From Candidatus Bathyarchaeota archaeon (GTDB taxonomy: Archaea > Thermoproteota > Bathyarchaeia > Bathyarchaeales > Bathycorpusculaceae), in NCBI GenBank assembly GCA_963806535.1, contig CAWDYC010000011.1, forward strand, positions 1 through 64,000: a stretch of DNA of 64,000 bases, read 5' to 3'. Numbering within the stretch: position 1 is the stretch's first letter; each line of letters opens with the position of its first letter. A program made the position numbers and the translations under genes. The notes beneath the pieces were generated by a model that was given only the letters and a program-made list of their open reading frames with translations, was not told where the DNA came from and made no database searches. Shown here piece after piece: positions 20,888-32,273 of this stretch.

Positions 20888-21691
20888 TTAGAAAAATGTT
20901 TGACTTATGTTTATCTGCAGATTACCAAAGGAACTGATTTGCTTACTGTTACGCGAAGCTCTAATTAATTTTCTGATTTTTGCCTCATTAGAATATACAG
21001 TTCTTGCAGAGATTCCAAATGTGGCGCCTATTTTTTCTTTAGAAATCTTTGTTTGTTTTTTGCACACATAATAAAATGCGCCTGCTGCCAGTCCAATTGG
21101 GTTTCCGCCTGATCTTCTTATTTTCTGTAATATATTTTCTGCATTAAGAATTAGTTCTTTGTTTGCCGTTATTTTTCCTGCGTATTCATGCAAGTAGTCT
21201 ATCGCTGTTAATCGTTGAATTTTCATTGGTTCTTTTTTTGTCTTAAGTGTTTTGTTGAGTAGCCATGCTTGTTTCATTACAGCTTTGCTGTCGAGGCTGA
21301 GTTCTTTGCTTATTTCTTTAATAGGTCGCATTTTATCGTATTCTTTAAGTATTAAATGCATTAGGGCTGCTACTGTGGCTCTTTTGTTTTTTGAGAGTTT
21401 TTGTGATTTGAATAATGTATGGTTTTGTTTTCTTATTGTTCGAGCTGCCTCTTCTCTGTAGGGATAATTTGGTATATTGAGTTGGCAGGAAATTGTTCTG
21501 AGCGTCGTTAACCATTCTTTGAGTGTTTCAGAGTCTTGTTCGTTCCAGTTTGAAAACCATTCAGGTGTCCATTGACTATAACCCTTGACAGTTGGAGTAT
21601 CATCTATGACTAGTCCGCAGTTGCTGCAGATTTTTTCTCCATTTAGGCCTTCAGGATAAACGACTGTACCTTCGCATTTGTGGCAATTCAA
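20888..21691 (-). CDS. tfb: Divergent TFIIB/TFB-family protein
   Basis: N-terminal CxxC..CxxCGLVIDD Zn ribbon; two cyclin-like repeats (AALMHLI, GGNPIGLAAGAFYYVC, IGATFGISARTV). Confidence 0.8.
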   Translation of the reverse strand: MNCHKCEGTVVYPEGLNGEKICSNCGLVIDDTPTVKGYSQWTPEWFSNWNEQDSETLKEWLTTLRTISCQLNIPNYPYREEAARTIRKQNHTLFKSQKLSKNKRATVAALMHLILKEYDKMRPIKEISKELSLDSKAVMKQAWLLNKTLKTKKEPMKIQRLTAIDYLHEYAGKITANKELILNAENILQKIRRSGGNPIGLAAGAFYYVCKKQTKISKEKIGATFGISARTVYSNEAKIRKLIRASRNSKQISSFGNLQINISQTFF

Positions 21692-22400
21692 ACTTTGATC
21701 GCTCCTTCCTGTTCTGTATGGTTCAATATTTCCGATATGAACATCAGCGCTTGCCTATTATCAAGAAACTACTTATAAGACTTAAGAACCACGAATTCAC
21801 GTATTTGATAACTAAAGCTAATTAATTTTTTAAAATACTACAAATTTGCTCTATTTATTTTTAAATTAAACAATTTGCTCAAATTTGCTGGAATGAAAAT
21901 TTGAAAAAAATATTTGTTCTTCTTTTTGAAAGTAGCCTGATGCGATCGATTTCGCTGACTAAAAAAAGCTAATTTCACTGCAATTAAAAGCTAAAAATTA
22001 AAGAAGTTCATTTCGGGTATCTTAAAAAATGATCATCTTTGATTGATTGCTTAACGAAAATCAAATATTTTGCTTACATGCAGTTTGTAATTTTGTTTAA
22101 AAATGTTTTTGATCTTGGTCTGTCAATCCGTTTTGGGTATACATTCCATTCGCCGCATAATTTTTCGAGTTCCACAGAGATGTCTTTCTTGGATTCATAT
22201 AGGATTTCCATTTTTAAGCCTCTTGATTGTCATTCATGTTATCTCAGTCCATATAAGTCGCTTATTTCAAAGGAAAACATATTGCATTTTTCGATATATT
22301 GCAAGAATAAAATATTACGAAATAATATACGTGGTTTATAAACACTCGACAGAAATAGAATATTAAATCGTAAGTTTAGCGAGGAGGTGTAAAGAAAAAA

Positions 22401-22879
22401 ATGAATACTTTCAGGAAATTCATGAAGAATTCAAAAGCCATCTCACCAATATTTGCAACCCTAATTCTCATCGCAATTGCAGTTATCGCAGGTGTTGTCG
22501 TTTACATGTTTACAAGTGGAACATTAGCAACTATGACGGAGGCGGAACAGCAGCACAAGAAAAAATGACCGTTCAGGGAGCAAGCATCTCAGCAGCAGGT
22601 AAGACAATAGTGTATATTGAACAGACAGGCGGACCCGCTGCAACAATAAACAGCATCATAATTAAAGACTCGCAAGGAGCCACAATTGGTGTTGTCACAG
22701 TAACAAGCGCAGGAATTTCACCATCGCCGAGTCCAGGACCCGCTTTAACCACAGGAACATTGTACACTGTATCTGAAAGTACTCCAACTGGTGTCGCCGT
22801 AGGCACTCCATATACCATAACCATTACAACGGCAGCAGGCGGTAGTTTCATTTCAACTCAGATAGTGGCCGCTGCTTAA
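22401..22879 (+). CDS. Major type IV pilin (class III signal peptide); frameshift near 22540
   Basis: GGAGGTG RBS at 22383; MNTFRKFMKNSKA/ISPIFATLILIAIAVIAGVVVYMF joins ORF 22565..22879 ending YTITITTAAGGSF. Confidence 0.88.
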
Positions 22880-22920
22880 GCGGTTTTTTCCGCTAAGTTT
22901 AATTTCTTTTTTTTTCATTT
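22875..22920 (+). terminator. Hairpin plus U-tract terminator after major pilin
   Basis: AGCGG-TTTTTT-CCGCT stem followed by a long T run. Confidence 0.55.
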
Positions 22921-23393
22921 TCCAAAACAATCATCAAAATAATGTCGAGAGAAAATATTCTAACGTGTATCTTGAATACCTCAATTTGTGAAAGAACAAA
23001 AGAATGTCAGATTAGAAAAAATGAGCCAACTTATCTCAGAATGGACTTTGGATAACCTTAAAAATTAGTTGTATGCCAAGGATTGTGGTTAGGTAAATAA
23101 TCGAGAGTTGTTATTTTTTTTGATATTCCTTGCTCAGCTCAAGGTTATGCGAGAAACATCATAGAAGAGTTGCCCAATTTCCCAAACAGCTGTCTACCGC
23201 AAATGATTGCAGATGACAAGACTTTATCTTTTCTTCATCGACATCAAACTTTCTCGTTTAACAAAAAATACCTAGTATATTAGTAAACTACGAAATGGAG
23301 TATTGGAAAAGTTCGAAAATGAATGTTATAGCTAGAGGTTGGCAGTTAAACATTAAATGGAAATCTGCAGAGCCAAAATGTTGGGTGCAATAA

Positions 23394-23942
23394 ATGAGGA
23401 AACTTTGCAATTGGTTACGTAATAGGCGTGCGCTTAGTCCCATATTTGCAACAGTATTGTTAGCTTCGATCATAATTATTTTTGGTTCAGTTGCATATTA
23501 TTATTCAAACAATCTCACTACAACTGCTACGAACAATTATTCTGGCTCTTTGTCCAATAGTCAGCAAGCAGTTGCTGAAAGAATAGGGTATGAAGATGTC
23601 ATCTATAATTCATCTTCTCCGGCAAAAATTACAGTTTATATTGTTAATTCTGGAGCTGCGAATGACGTGCAAATTAACTCGGTATTTCTTTATGATTCCT
23701 CCAATACTATTGTTGGGGCATATTCAGTTTCGGGTCGTTCAATTTCAGCGTTAGAACCAATTGATGCAACGGTGACGCCATCAACATTTTCAAGTTTGAA
23801 TGTTGGAAAAGAAGCCTACTTCACTGTCACTTTGGGGAATGACGCATCAGGAAACCCCATCTTGCTATCATATGGTTCCATTTACACTCTTCATCTACTA
23901 ACCAAAAGCGGAAGCGCTTTCGACTATGAATTTACACTATAA
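23394..23942 (+). CDS. Minor type IV pilin, cassette 1
   Basis: RNRRA/LSPIFATVLLASIIIIFG class III signal peptide; YTLHLLTKSGSAF C-terminal pilin motif. Confidence 0.88.
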   Translation: MRKLCNWLRNRRALSPIFATVLLASIIIIFGSVAYYYSNNLTTTATNNYSGSLSNSQQAVAERIGYEDVIYNSSSPAKITVYIVNSGAANDVQINSVFLYDSSNTIVGAYSVSGRSISALEPIDATVTPSTFSSLNVGKEAYFTVTLGNDASGNPILLSYGSIYTLHLLTKSGSAFDYEFTL

Positions 23943-26900
23943 ACTTCGAAGAAACAACAAGGGAATCGGCACAGTATTTGCAATGGTGTTTTTCCTACTT
24001 ATTGTCATGGTTGTTTTTGCGAGTTTCATGATTATTCTTAATCAAAACACTGGACTCGAACAGACAACAGCCAAGGCAAAACAGTTGGATTTGGATCGTT
24101 ATACAGAACTCGAAACTGTTTCAGTTGTTAACCCTCAAACAGCTGTATTAAACAATGTAGTCTACATAAGCTGTAATCTTATGGACAATGGTACGCTTCC
24201 CTCTCAATTCATACGATTATGGATTAAAGACATAACACAAAACACAACCGGTAATGCACTAATGTCTCCAGCAATTACCCTCCAACCGGGCAGAAGTACT
24301 TATTATTTTGGCTCAACTTTTGTTGCAAATGCAGGGCTTTTGGACCAGTTTAGCTTTTGGTTTACATCAGCCAGAGGAAACACAATCTCAGCTTATCCAG
24401 ACATCAATCAACTTAATCCTATTATATCAAATGGGACTTTCCCAGGAGTAACTGCTATGAACTCTACTTATCAGACTAACCAGTATAATCCTTTGCAGCT
24501 TTCTCTTAATACAACTAAGGCTAATCAATTGATTTATGTTGTTGTGTCATTTGATGATGGTAATACGCTGTTTACTCCTACTTCAACTCCTAGTCTGACT
24601 TGGTATGCGAGAGGTACATCTTTGCCAACGGATGGCAGTCAATCTTATCCAACGTCTGGCCACAGCGGGGACAGTATTTTGAAAACTTTCTATGCCATTA
24701 AGCCTTCAGCTGGTCCGATTACAATCAATGTTCAATCAACTGCTGATGAGTTAAGTGATTATTATTGTTCGGCTTTAGCATTCGCAATTAGCGATGTTAA
24801 TACTGCTTCTCCGTTTGATGGTTCAGCGCAGACTTCTATTGGCCGATCTGTTATGCCTCAGGATACAATCAATACTCGTTACTCGAATGACCTTGTTATA
24901 GGTGCTTTAGGGATTGATGATCTTAACCCTTCAATTACGCCTGGTGCGGGTTTTGGGGAGATTATGCCTGTGCAGAGTTCATTTGGTGCTTCAGGTGAAG
25001 CTAATTCTATGCCTAGGTCGGTGTGGAGTGAATGGGATATTGCGGGTGATCCGAGGAATAATTTGCCTGTTAATTGTACTTTTTCTTTTACTGAGGATTG
25101 GGCTATTATTGTTGATGCTGTGAGGTTGGTGGTTGTGCCTCCTGCTGCTCCTATGAGTCTTTCTCCTAGTAGTGGTCCTGTTGGTCAATCTGTTGCGGTC
25201 ACTGGGCAAGGTTTTGCACCTAACTCTCAGCTTATAGCCACCTTCAATGGTTTACAAGTTCCTTTTAGTTTTACAACTGATGGTTCAGGAAATATCCCAG
25301 CAGGTGCTAGCTTTCACTGTTCCACAAGGCTCAGTAGCAGGTATCAATAACATTACTATCATTGACAGCAAATTCAATTTTGCTTCAGCTAGTTTTACTG
25401 TTACCACTCCTAGCGTAACTGTGTCTCCTCAGAATGGTCCGGTTGGATCTGTAGTTACGGTAACAGGTTCAAACTTTATTGATAATTCAACTCTAAACAT
25501 CAATTTTGACGGCAATCAAATTGCAACCTCTCCTTCACCTTTAACTGCGAACGCAACCGGTCAGTTCTTGGCCACTTTTAATCTTAATTTTAATGATTCA
25601 GCGGGCGCTAAACAGGTTTTGGCAAGCGATGGAGTCAATTCTGCTTCTGCTAATTTCACAGTTAATTCTTCAATCACTTTGAGCCTGACCAATGGTATCA
25701 TCGGTTCATCCGTTAATGTGACTGGTTCCGGTTTTGTTGCTTCTCAACCGGTGGCTATCACGTTTGCTGGTTCAACAATTCAGACAATTCCTGCTAGCTT
25801 CAATACAACCGGAGACGGTTTTTTCAACGTGGCCTTTACTATTCCAACTGGTCAAATAGCTGGAGGAAAAACAATCAATGCAACAGATGCCAGCTCAAAT
25901 TCTGCTATTGCAACATTCACAGTAATTCCTTCGATTTCTCTGAACCCGACCAGTGGCAATGCTGGTTCAACTGTTACTGTGTCAGGTTCTGGCTTTGCAG
26001 CGAATAAACAGATAACAGCAACATACGCGGGATCATCGATAACACTCAGCGGGACTACGAGTACGAATGCTACTGGTTCGTTCTCCGGTGCGACTTTTAC
26101 GGTTCCAACCTCAACAGCAGGTGGAGCTCAAACAGTCGTATTCAATGATGCCAACTCCAACTCTGCAAATGGCACCTACACGGTCAACACGTTTACCCAG
26201 AGAATAACCGTGACTCTCAGCAATTCAGCTCCCGCCACTCAAGTGATAATCAACGGCGGCTATCCTCAACCTAACACACTTGCAGCTGATGGAACCCAAT
26301 ACAGCATTCAGATGGTAGCAGGCGCCTCATTCACTTTGTCATTCTCTAATAGCGGCAACACTCGAGACGGCTTTAGTCTGTCAAACGCCTTCTCCGCTAC
26401 CTCATCCTCATACACTGCTTCAATTAACTCAATTTCTGTGACGGCATATGAGCAGGTTCAAAATAGTTTCAGCACTACTTTCAATGGTGGCAGTCCAGTC
26501 GGTGGAGATTCTCTTAACTTTGACAGGGACGTATTTAGGAAGTGGTTCATCGACAATTGCGACTCTGAATTTCAGTAATTCTTGGAGTGCTTCTGTTTGG
26601 AGTGACTACGGCACGGTAATTACATTTCCAGTTTCCACAACATTGAGCGGGTCTAATGCTCGTTGGGACATCATCAATGCTTACTCTACACTATCTTTAA
26701 CAGCGGGTGGAAATCCCTACGCGAAAACATATTATCAACAATACTCCTTCCAGCTTGACTATGCGGTTTCCGGCAGCGGTTTACCGACTGCGCCAACTTT
26801 GACGGCAACACAGTTTGGTTCTTCTTATACGCCAACTCTTAGCACAAGTTTAGTCACTTACTGGCTTGACAGTAGTCAGACATGGAGTGTTGCGAATCCT

Positions 26901-29900
26901 CTTGGTGGTTCAGGATCCAATGAACGGTGGGCTTCAAGATCAACCGTCTCAGGCACAGTTTCCGCTTCTTCACCTATCACAGCTGGAACAGGAACTTTGA
27001 CCTTCACATATTATCATCAGTACTATCTGACTGTCACTGGTGGAAACTCTCTAACCTTTGGTACTGCTTCTCCTACAAGTGACCAGTGGTACGACAGTGG
27101 TTCAAGCACAACGGTTTCCTCTAATGGTGTTTATAGTAGGGCTTCTGGCACTGGTCAGAGGGTTTCGTCTTGGCAAATTGATTCTGGAGCGGTTAATAAT
27201 GTTGCGACTGCAGGAACTGTGACCTCGTCAAGTGTTTCTATGTCCGCAGCTCATACTGTTAACTTTGTTTCAACTACTCAGTTCTATCTGACGGTCACGG
27301 GTGGAAACTCCGTAACCTTTGGAACTGCTTCATCTACTGGCGACCAGTGGTACGACAGTGGTTCAAGCACAACGGTTTCTTCTAATTGGGTGTGGGGTAC
27401 TTCTGGTTCAATGCGTACTGCGTTGTCTAATTGGCAGCTTGATAGTACAAATAAGAATCCAGCTAGGCAGAATACGGGTACTTTGATAACCTCGTCAGTT
27501 TCTATGTCTGCAGCTCATACTGTTAACTTTGTTTCAACTACTCAGTTCTATCTGACGGTCACGGGTGGAAACTCCGTAACCTTTGGAACTGCTTCATCTA
27601 CTGGCGACCAGTGGTACGACAGTGGTTCAAGCACAACGGTTTCTTCTAATTGGGTGTGGAATACAGTTTCTGGGCAGTCCAGAACAACAATTACAAATTA
27701 TGCTGTCGATGGGTCTAACAGTAATCCCGCACGCTCAAGCACAGGATTTTTAACCACATCCTCTGTTTCAATGACAACTTATCATTCAATCATTTTCTCC
27801 TCAGTTACCCAATACTATTTGACCGTTTCAGGAGGGAATGTAATAGCTTATGGTACTGCATCGCCGACATCAGACAACTGGTATGATTCCGGTGGCTCAA
27901 CAACAGTATCTTCTAACGGTGTATATGGTCGTTCAAGTGGAACCGGCACAAGAGTTTCTTCTTGGAACCTTGATTCTGGCTCTAACAATAATGTGGTAAC
28001 ATCAGGAACCGTTACCACTTCCGTCGTATCTATGTCAACCTATCACACGGTTACATTCAACTCGGTCGCACAATATCAAGTGACTTTAGACTCAGGCGCA
28101 ACTTTGTCATTAAGCACAATTACCAGCCCGACTATAAGTGGTGACAGCGGATGGTACGACTCAGGCACCTTGGTAACTTTGGCTCTTAACGGTATATATG
28201 GTAGATCAGCAGGTTCAGGAACAAGAATAACTGGATTCCAAATTAATGGAGGCACAAACAACCCAGAGAGCACTACAGGAACATTCACGGTTCTTAATGC
28301 TATTTCTATCTCAATACCTCAAATCATCACAACCACCAAAGTCACGCAGTATCAAGTTACATTAGATGCAACTTCAACATCTGCGTTGAATTCAATAACC
28401 AATCCCACAATAGGCTCAGATAATTATTGGTACGATAGCAGCACATCGGTTAGTGTGGTTCTGAATGGCGTTTGGGGCCAAAGTGGAGGCACAGGGACTC
28501 GATTGACTGGGTATATTATTAACAGTGGAACTAATAATCCAACTTCGATTTCTGGCACTGTAACCGTCTTCTCGGGTGCGATCTCAAATCATGAATTTAT
28601 AACCGCAACATCTGTAACTCAGTATCAAGTCACTTTCACCCAGAACGGAGTTGATAGTTCTGCTGGATCCAACACCGTCATTACGATTGGTTCGACTCCT
28701 TACAATTACAACGCTTTGCCAAGTAATGCTTGGGTTGATGCTGGAACAACCTTCTCATGGTCTTCCACTGTTGCAGCTGGCTCAGGTAAACAATTCGCCT
28801 TAACAAGTAATTCAGGCGGTTCTCCATTAGCAGCTACGGGAACTTACTCGGCAACCTACAAGACTCAATATCAATCCACCTTCTCAAGCGGCAACATAGG
28901 CAATGATGCAGTAGGCACAATCTTAACTCTGGGCTCAAACACGTACACATATTCTCAGCTTCCACAAACAAACATCTGGGTTGACGCGAATACTGCATAT
29001 TCATACACTGGTACTGTTTCAGCAAGTGCAGGCAAGCAATATGTCTTAACAGGAACCGCAGGATTATCTACACCTATTGTTGCCACAGGGACAGCCACAC
29101 CAACCTACAAGACTCAATATGACTTGAAGTTCGCTCAGTCCGGTCTGGATAGTACAGCGCAAGGAACAATTGTCTCTGTCACCATTGGAACCAATTCGCC
29201 AGTCAACGTTGTCTTCACTGCCTTCACCAAAGACTTTGGATTCGTCGATTCAGGAACAACTATCGCTTACACCTTCACCTCAACAGTAACAAGTAGTACC
29301 GCACACAAACAGTTTATCCTCACAACTCCAGCACCTACCCCTGCTTCTGCCTTCACTCTAACTTCAGCGACCACGGTTACGGGTACTTATAAGACTCAGT
29401 ATCAGCTAACGGTGACTTCTACTCATGACACACCTACTCCTTCAACTGGTTCATGGTTTGACGCAACTAGCTCGGTGACGGAGAGTGTTACTACTCCTGC
29501 TGATATTTCTGGCGGTACGCAATATCGGTGTACCGGTTGGACTGGCGGTTCTGGCGGCATTCCTGCAACTGGAAGTGCAGCCACTGTAACTTTCACTATT
29601 TCAGGTCCAGCTACCATCACTTGGAACTGGCAGACTCAATATCAGTTCACCGTCACCTCTGCTGCGGGTACTACTGGCGGACAGAGTTCAGGCTACTATG
29701 ATTCGGGAACAGGCATTACGTCTTCAATTTCCGCGACTGTAAATGTTGCAGGTCCACCGATAATTGTCTATTCAACGGCTGGATTTACGGGAACTGGAAA
29801 TGCGCTGTCAAGTGGTTCAGGAACAACGGTCAGCTTTACCTTGAATCAGCCATCATCTGTCACGTGGCACTGGAATGGTCAAATGACACTGTACACCGAT

Positions 29901-30353
29901 GCAACTCTAAGTGAAGGTATACCAAGTGAAAGCCCCTCGGGATCTGATCATTCAGTTGACGTCTCAGATAGCAACGATGGCACATATGTAACTATGAGTG
30001 GTTACTTGACGGGCGCTTATTCTGACTCCTACTCACTCCAATCAATCGGATCGCTTACTGGCACAATTAGCAGTGTTACTCAGTACATGAGAATATATGC
30101 TTCATCAACAAGTGGGACGTACGCAACTACTTCTCTCACGCTCGGAGGCAATACTGTAACAAGCGGCACGTTTACTCCGACTTCAACTAATACGTGGACT
30201 ACGCATTCAGATACGTTTACAAGACCTGGCGGCGGAACCTGGACTATGAGCGATCTAAATAATCTTCAAAGCAAATTAACTCTACAGCGCAGTAGCTGGA
30301 ATACAACAATAAGGTGCTCTGAAGTTTGGATAGTGGTGAATTTCAGCACATGA
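23926..30353 (+). CDS. Giant pilin-adhesin fusion, cassette 1 (about 2140 aa; frameshifts near 25310 and 26510)
   Basis: NNKG/IGTVFAMVFFLLIVMVVF class III signal peptide, pilin domain, IPT/TIG-like repeats (SGPVGxxVxVTGxGF), many WYDSG repeats and a C-terminal domain ending SEVWIVVNFST; no C-terminal anchor. Confidence 0.82.
27234..27659 (+). repeat. Near-identical intragenic direct repeat (162 bp, period 264 bp = 88 codons)
   Basis: 27234-27395 versus 27498-27659 differ at one position. Confidence 0.9.
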
Positions 30354-30432
30354 GTCCAAACCACAATATAATCTTTTTAATCATCTACAAAAACGCAAAA
30401 AGCAAGGATTAAAAGCAAGAAGGGGAAAAAAG

Positions 30433-31395
30433 TTGAAATCACAAAACAAAAAAATAATGATGTTCATTATAGCAATGCTAATTGCCAGTATGTTCCTAAC
30501 AATTACCAAACCTCAATCAGTCAAAGCACAATCAGACTTCTTATTCACTGACGACTTTGACGCAAACCAACCTAACGCACAATTTACGTTAGGCTCTAAT
30601 GACATTATAAACAGCACTGATTCTGTTAGTCCAACTCATTCGCTTCAGGTATCCTCCGAAAGTGTTCCACCTTTTAGCCATGCAACTTTTGATAATGCAA
30701 CAGGACAAATTTATGTTACGTTATTTTATAAAACAAACAATACAGGTTACTCTAATATTTTACAGTTACTAGGAGAAACAGCGTACATTGGAATTTATCA
30801 AGACCAAAACGGAGTGATATTCGACTGGGATTATGGATCCAACGAAACACATATCCTTTTGTCTCCAAATGTTTGGTACAACATTACATTATCTTTGTAT
30901 CTTGATCCAAACCATGGTTCAAATTCCTCAGCCACACTTTGGCTTAACGGGTCAATTATTGCAAACCAAGAAATGCCACAAGTAGATGGATATGACATAA
31001 ACACGTTAGTATTTGATACTATTCGGGTTTGGCGAGCATTGAATAGTTATGACGACATAAGCATCAGCGCCCAATCTATTATTGTTCCATCTCCCACTCC
31101 AGGACAAACACCTACACCAACTCCGACTTCAACCCCGCCCCCTACGTCAACACCAACCCCAATTCCGACTCAAGAACCAACAGCAACCCCAAATCCCACT
31201 ACAATCCCCACTTCAAATCCGACAGCAACTCCTACTTCAACGCGAACACCTGATCCCACCTCATTCCCAACTCCAACAATACCAGAAATCCCATTTGTTT
31301 TAGCAATTTCTGCATTTTTTGCAATCACAGGGTTGATGCTGTCTTACCTCAAAAGGCAGAGTTCTAACAATCACTCTTCTCTTCATCACGATTAG
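30433..31395 (+). CDS. Secreted PEF-CTERM-like protein with beta-sandwich domain and Pro/Thr linker
   Basis: Signal peptide, PT-rich linker, IPEIP motif, TM helix and KR. Confidence 0.8.
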   Translation: MKSQNKKIMMFIIAMLIASMFLTITKPQSVKAQSDFLFTDDFDANQPNAQFTLGSNDIINSTDSVSPTHSLQVSSESVPPFSHATFDNATGQIYVTLFYKTNNTGYSNILQLLGETAYIGIYQDQNGVIFDWDYGSNETHILLSPNVWYNITLSLYLDPNHGSNSSATLWLNGSIIANQEMPQVDGYDINTLVFDTIRVWRALNSYDDISISAQSIIVPSPTPGQTPTPTPTSTPPPTSTPTPIPTQEPTATPNPTTIPTSNPTATPTSTRTPDPTSFPTPTIPEIPFVLAISAFFAITGLMLSYLKRQSSNNHSSLHHD

Positions 31396-31716
31396 AATTC
31401 CTCGTGAATTCGACAAAAAAATGTTGAACATACTACACCATAGTTACATGATTTATTGACTCTTGAAGAATCTTAAATGTTTAGTCAATATTTTGATTTG
31501 GAAACAAGCAAAAACATTAATCCGTAATCAATTAATTGATATTCAAACTTTATTCTTCTTGGATTAGGCTTGTTTCATTATTTTCAAGGTTTTGATATTG
31601 AATTATGTTGTTAGATCATATATCGGATTCCGGAATATTCTCAGTAGAAAACATGCCTTATAAGAAGAAAACAGGGGTAAGATATTCATTGAGAGCTGAA
31701 ATGTTTGGTGAGCTAT

Positions 31717-32273
31717 TTGAGAAAACTAATTGCTTTGTTCCGCAGTAAGCGTGCGCTTAGTCCAATATTTGCAACCATTATTGTTAGCTTCGATTATAAT
31801 TGTTTTTGGTTCAGTCGCCTATTATTATTCAACCAATCTCACTACAACCGCTACAAACAATTATTCTAGCTCTTTATCGAATAGTCAGCAATCCAGTTGC
31901 TGAGAGAATAGGCTTTGAAAATGTAGTTTATAATTCATCTTCTCCAGCGAACATTAACAGTTTACATAATTAATTCTGGAAGCGCAAATAACGTGCAAAT
32001 CAACTCGGTATTCCTCTACGATTCAAGTCACAACATTATTGGAGCATACTCGTTTTCAGGTGGTTCAATATCGATGCATTAAAACCAATTAATTCAGCGG
32101 TGCCGTCACCGACACCAATTTCAAGTCTGAATGTTGGAAAAGAAGCATACTTCACATCACATTGGGAACGAACGCATCAGGAAACAACATCTCTCTAACA
32201 TCTGGTTCAATTTACACTATTCATCTAATAACTAAAAGCGGGAGCGCTTTTGACTATGAATTTTACACCATAA
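31717..32273 (+). CDS. Minor type IV pilin, cassette 2 (paralog of 23394..23942); several frameshifts
   Basis: TTG AGA AAA CTA..CGT GCG CTT AGT CCA ATA TTT GCA; colinear nucleotide similarity to the cassette 1 pilin throughout. Confidence 0.8.

Noticed and set aside
22039-22366. ORFs 22039..22341 and 22103..22366
   Set aside because: AT-rich promoter region, no RBS and non-protein-like composition.
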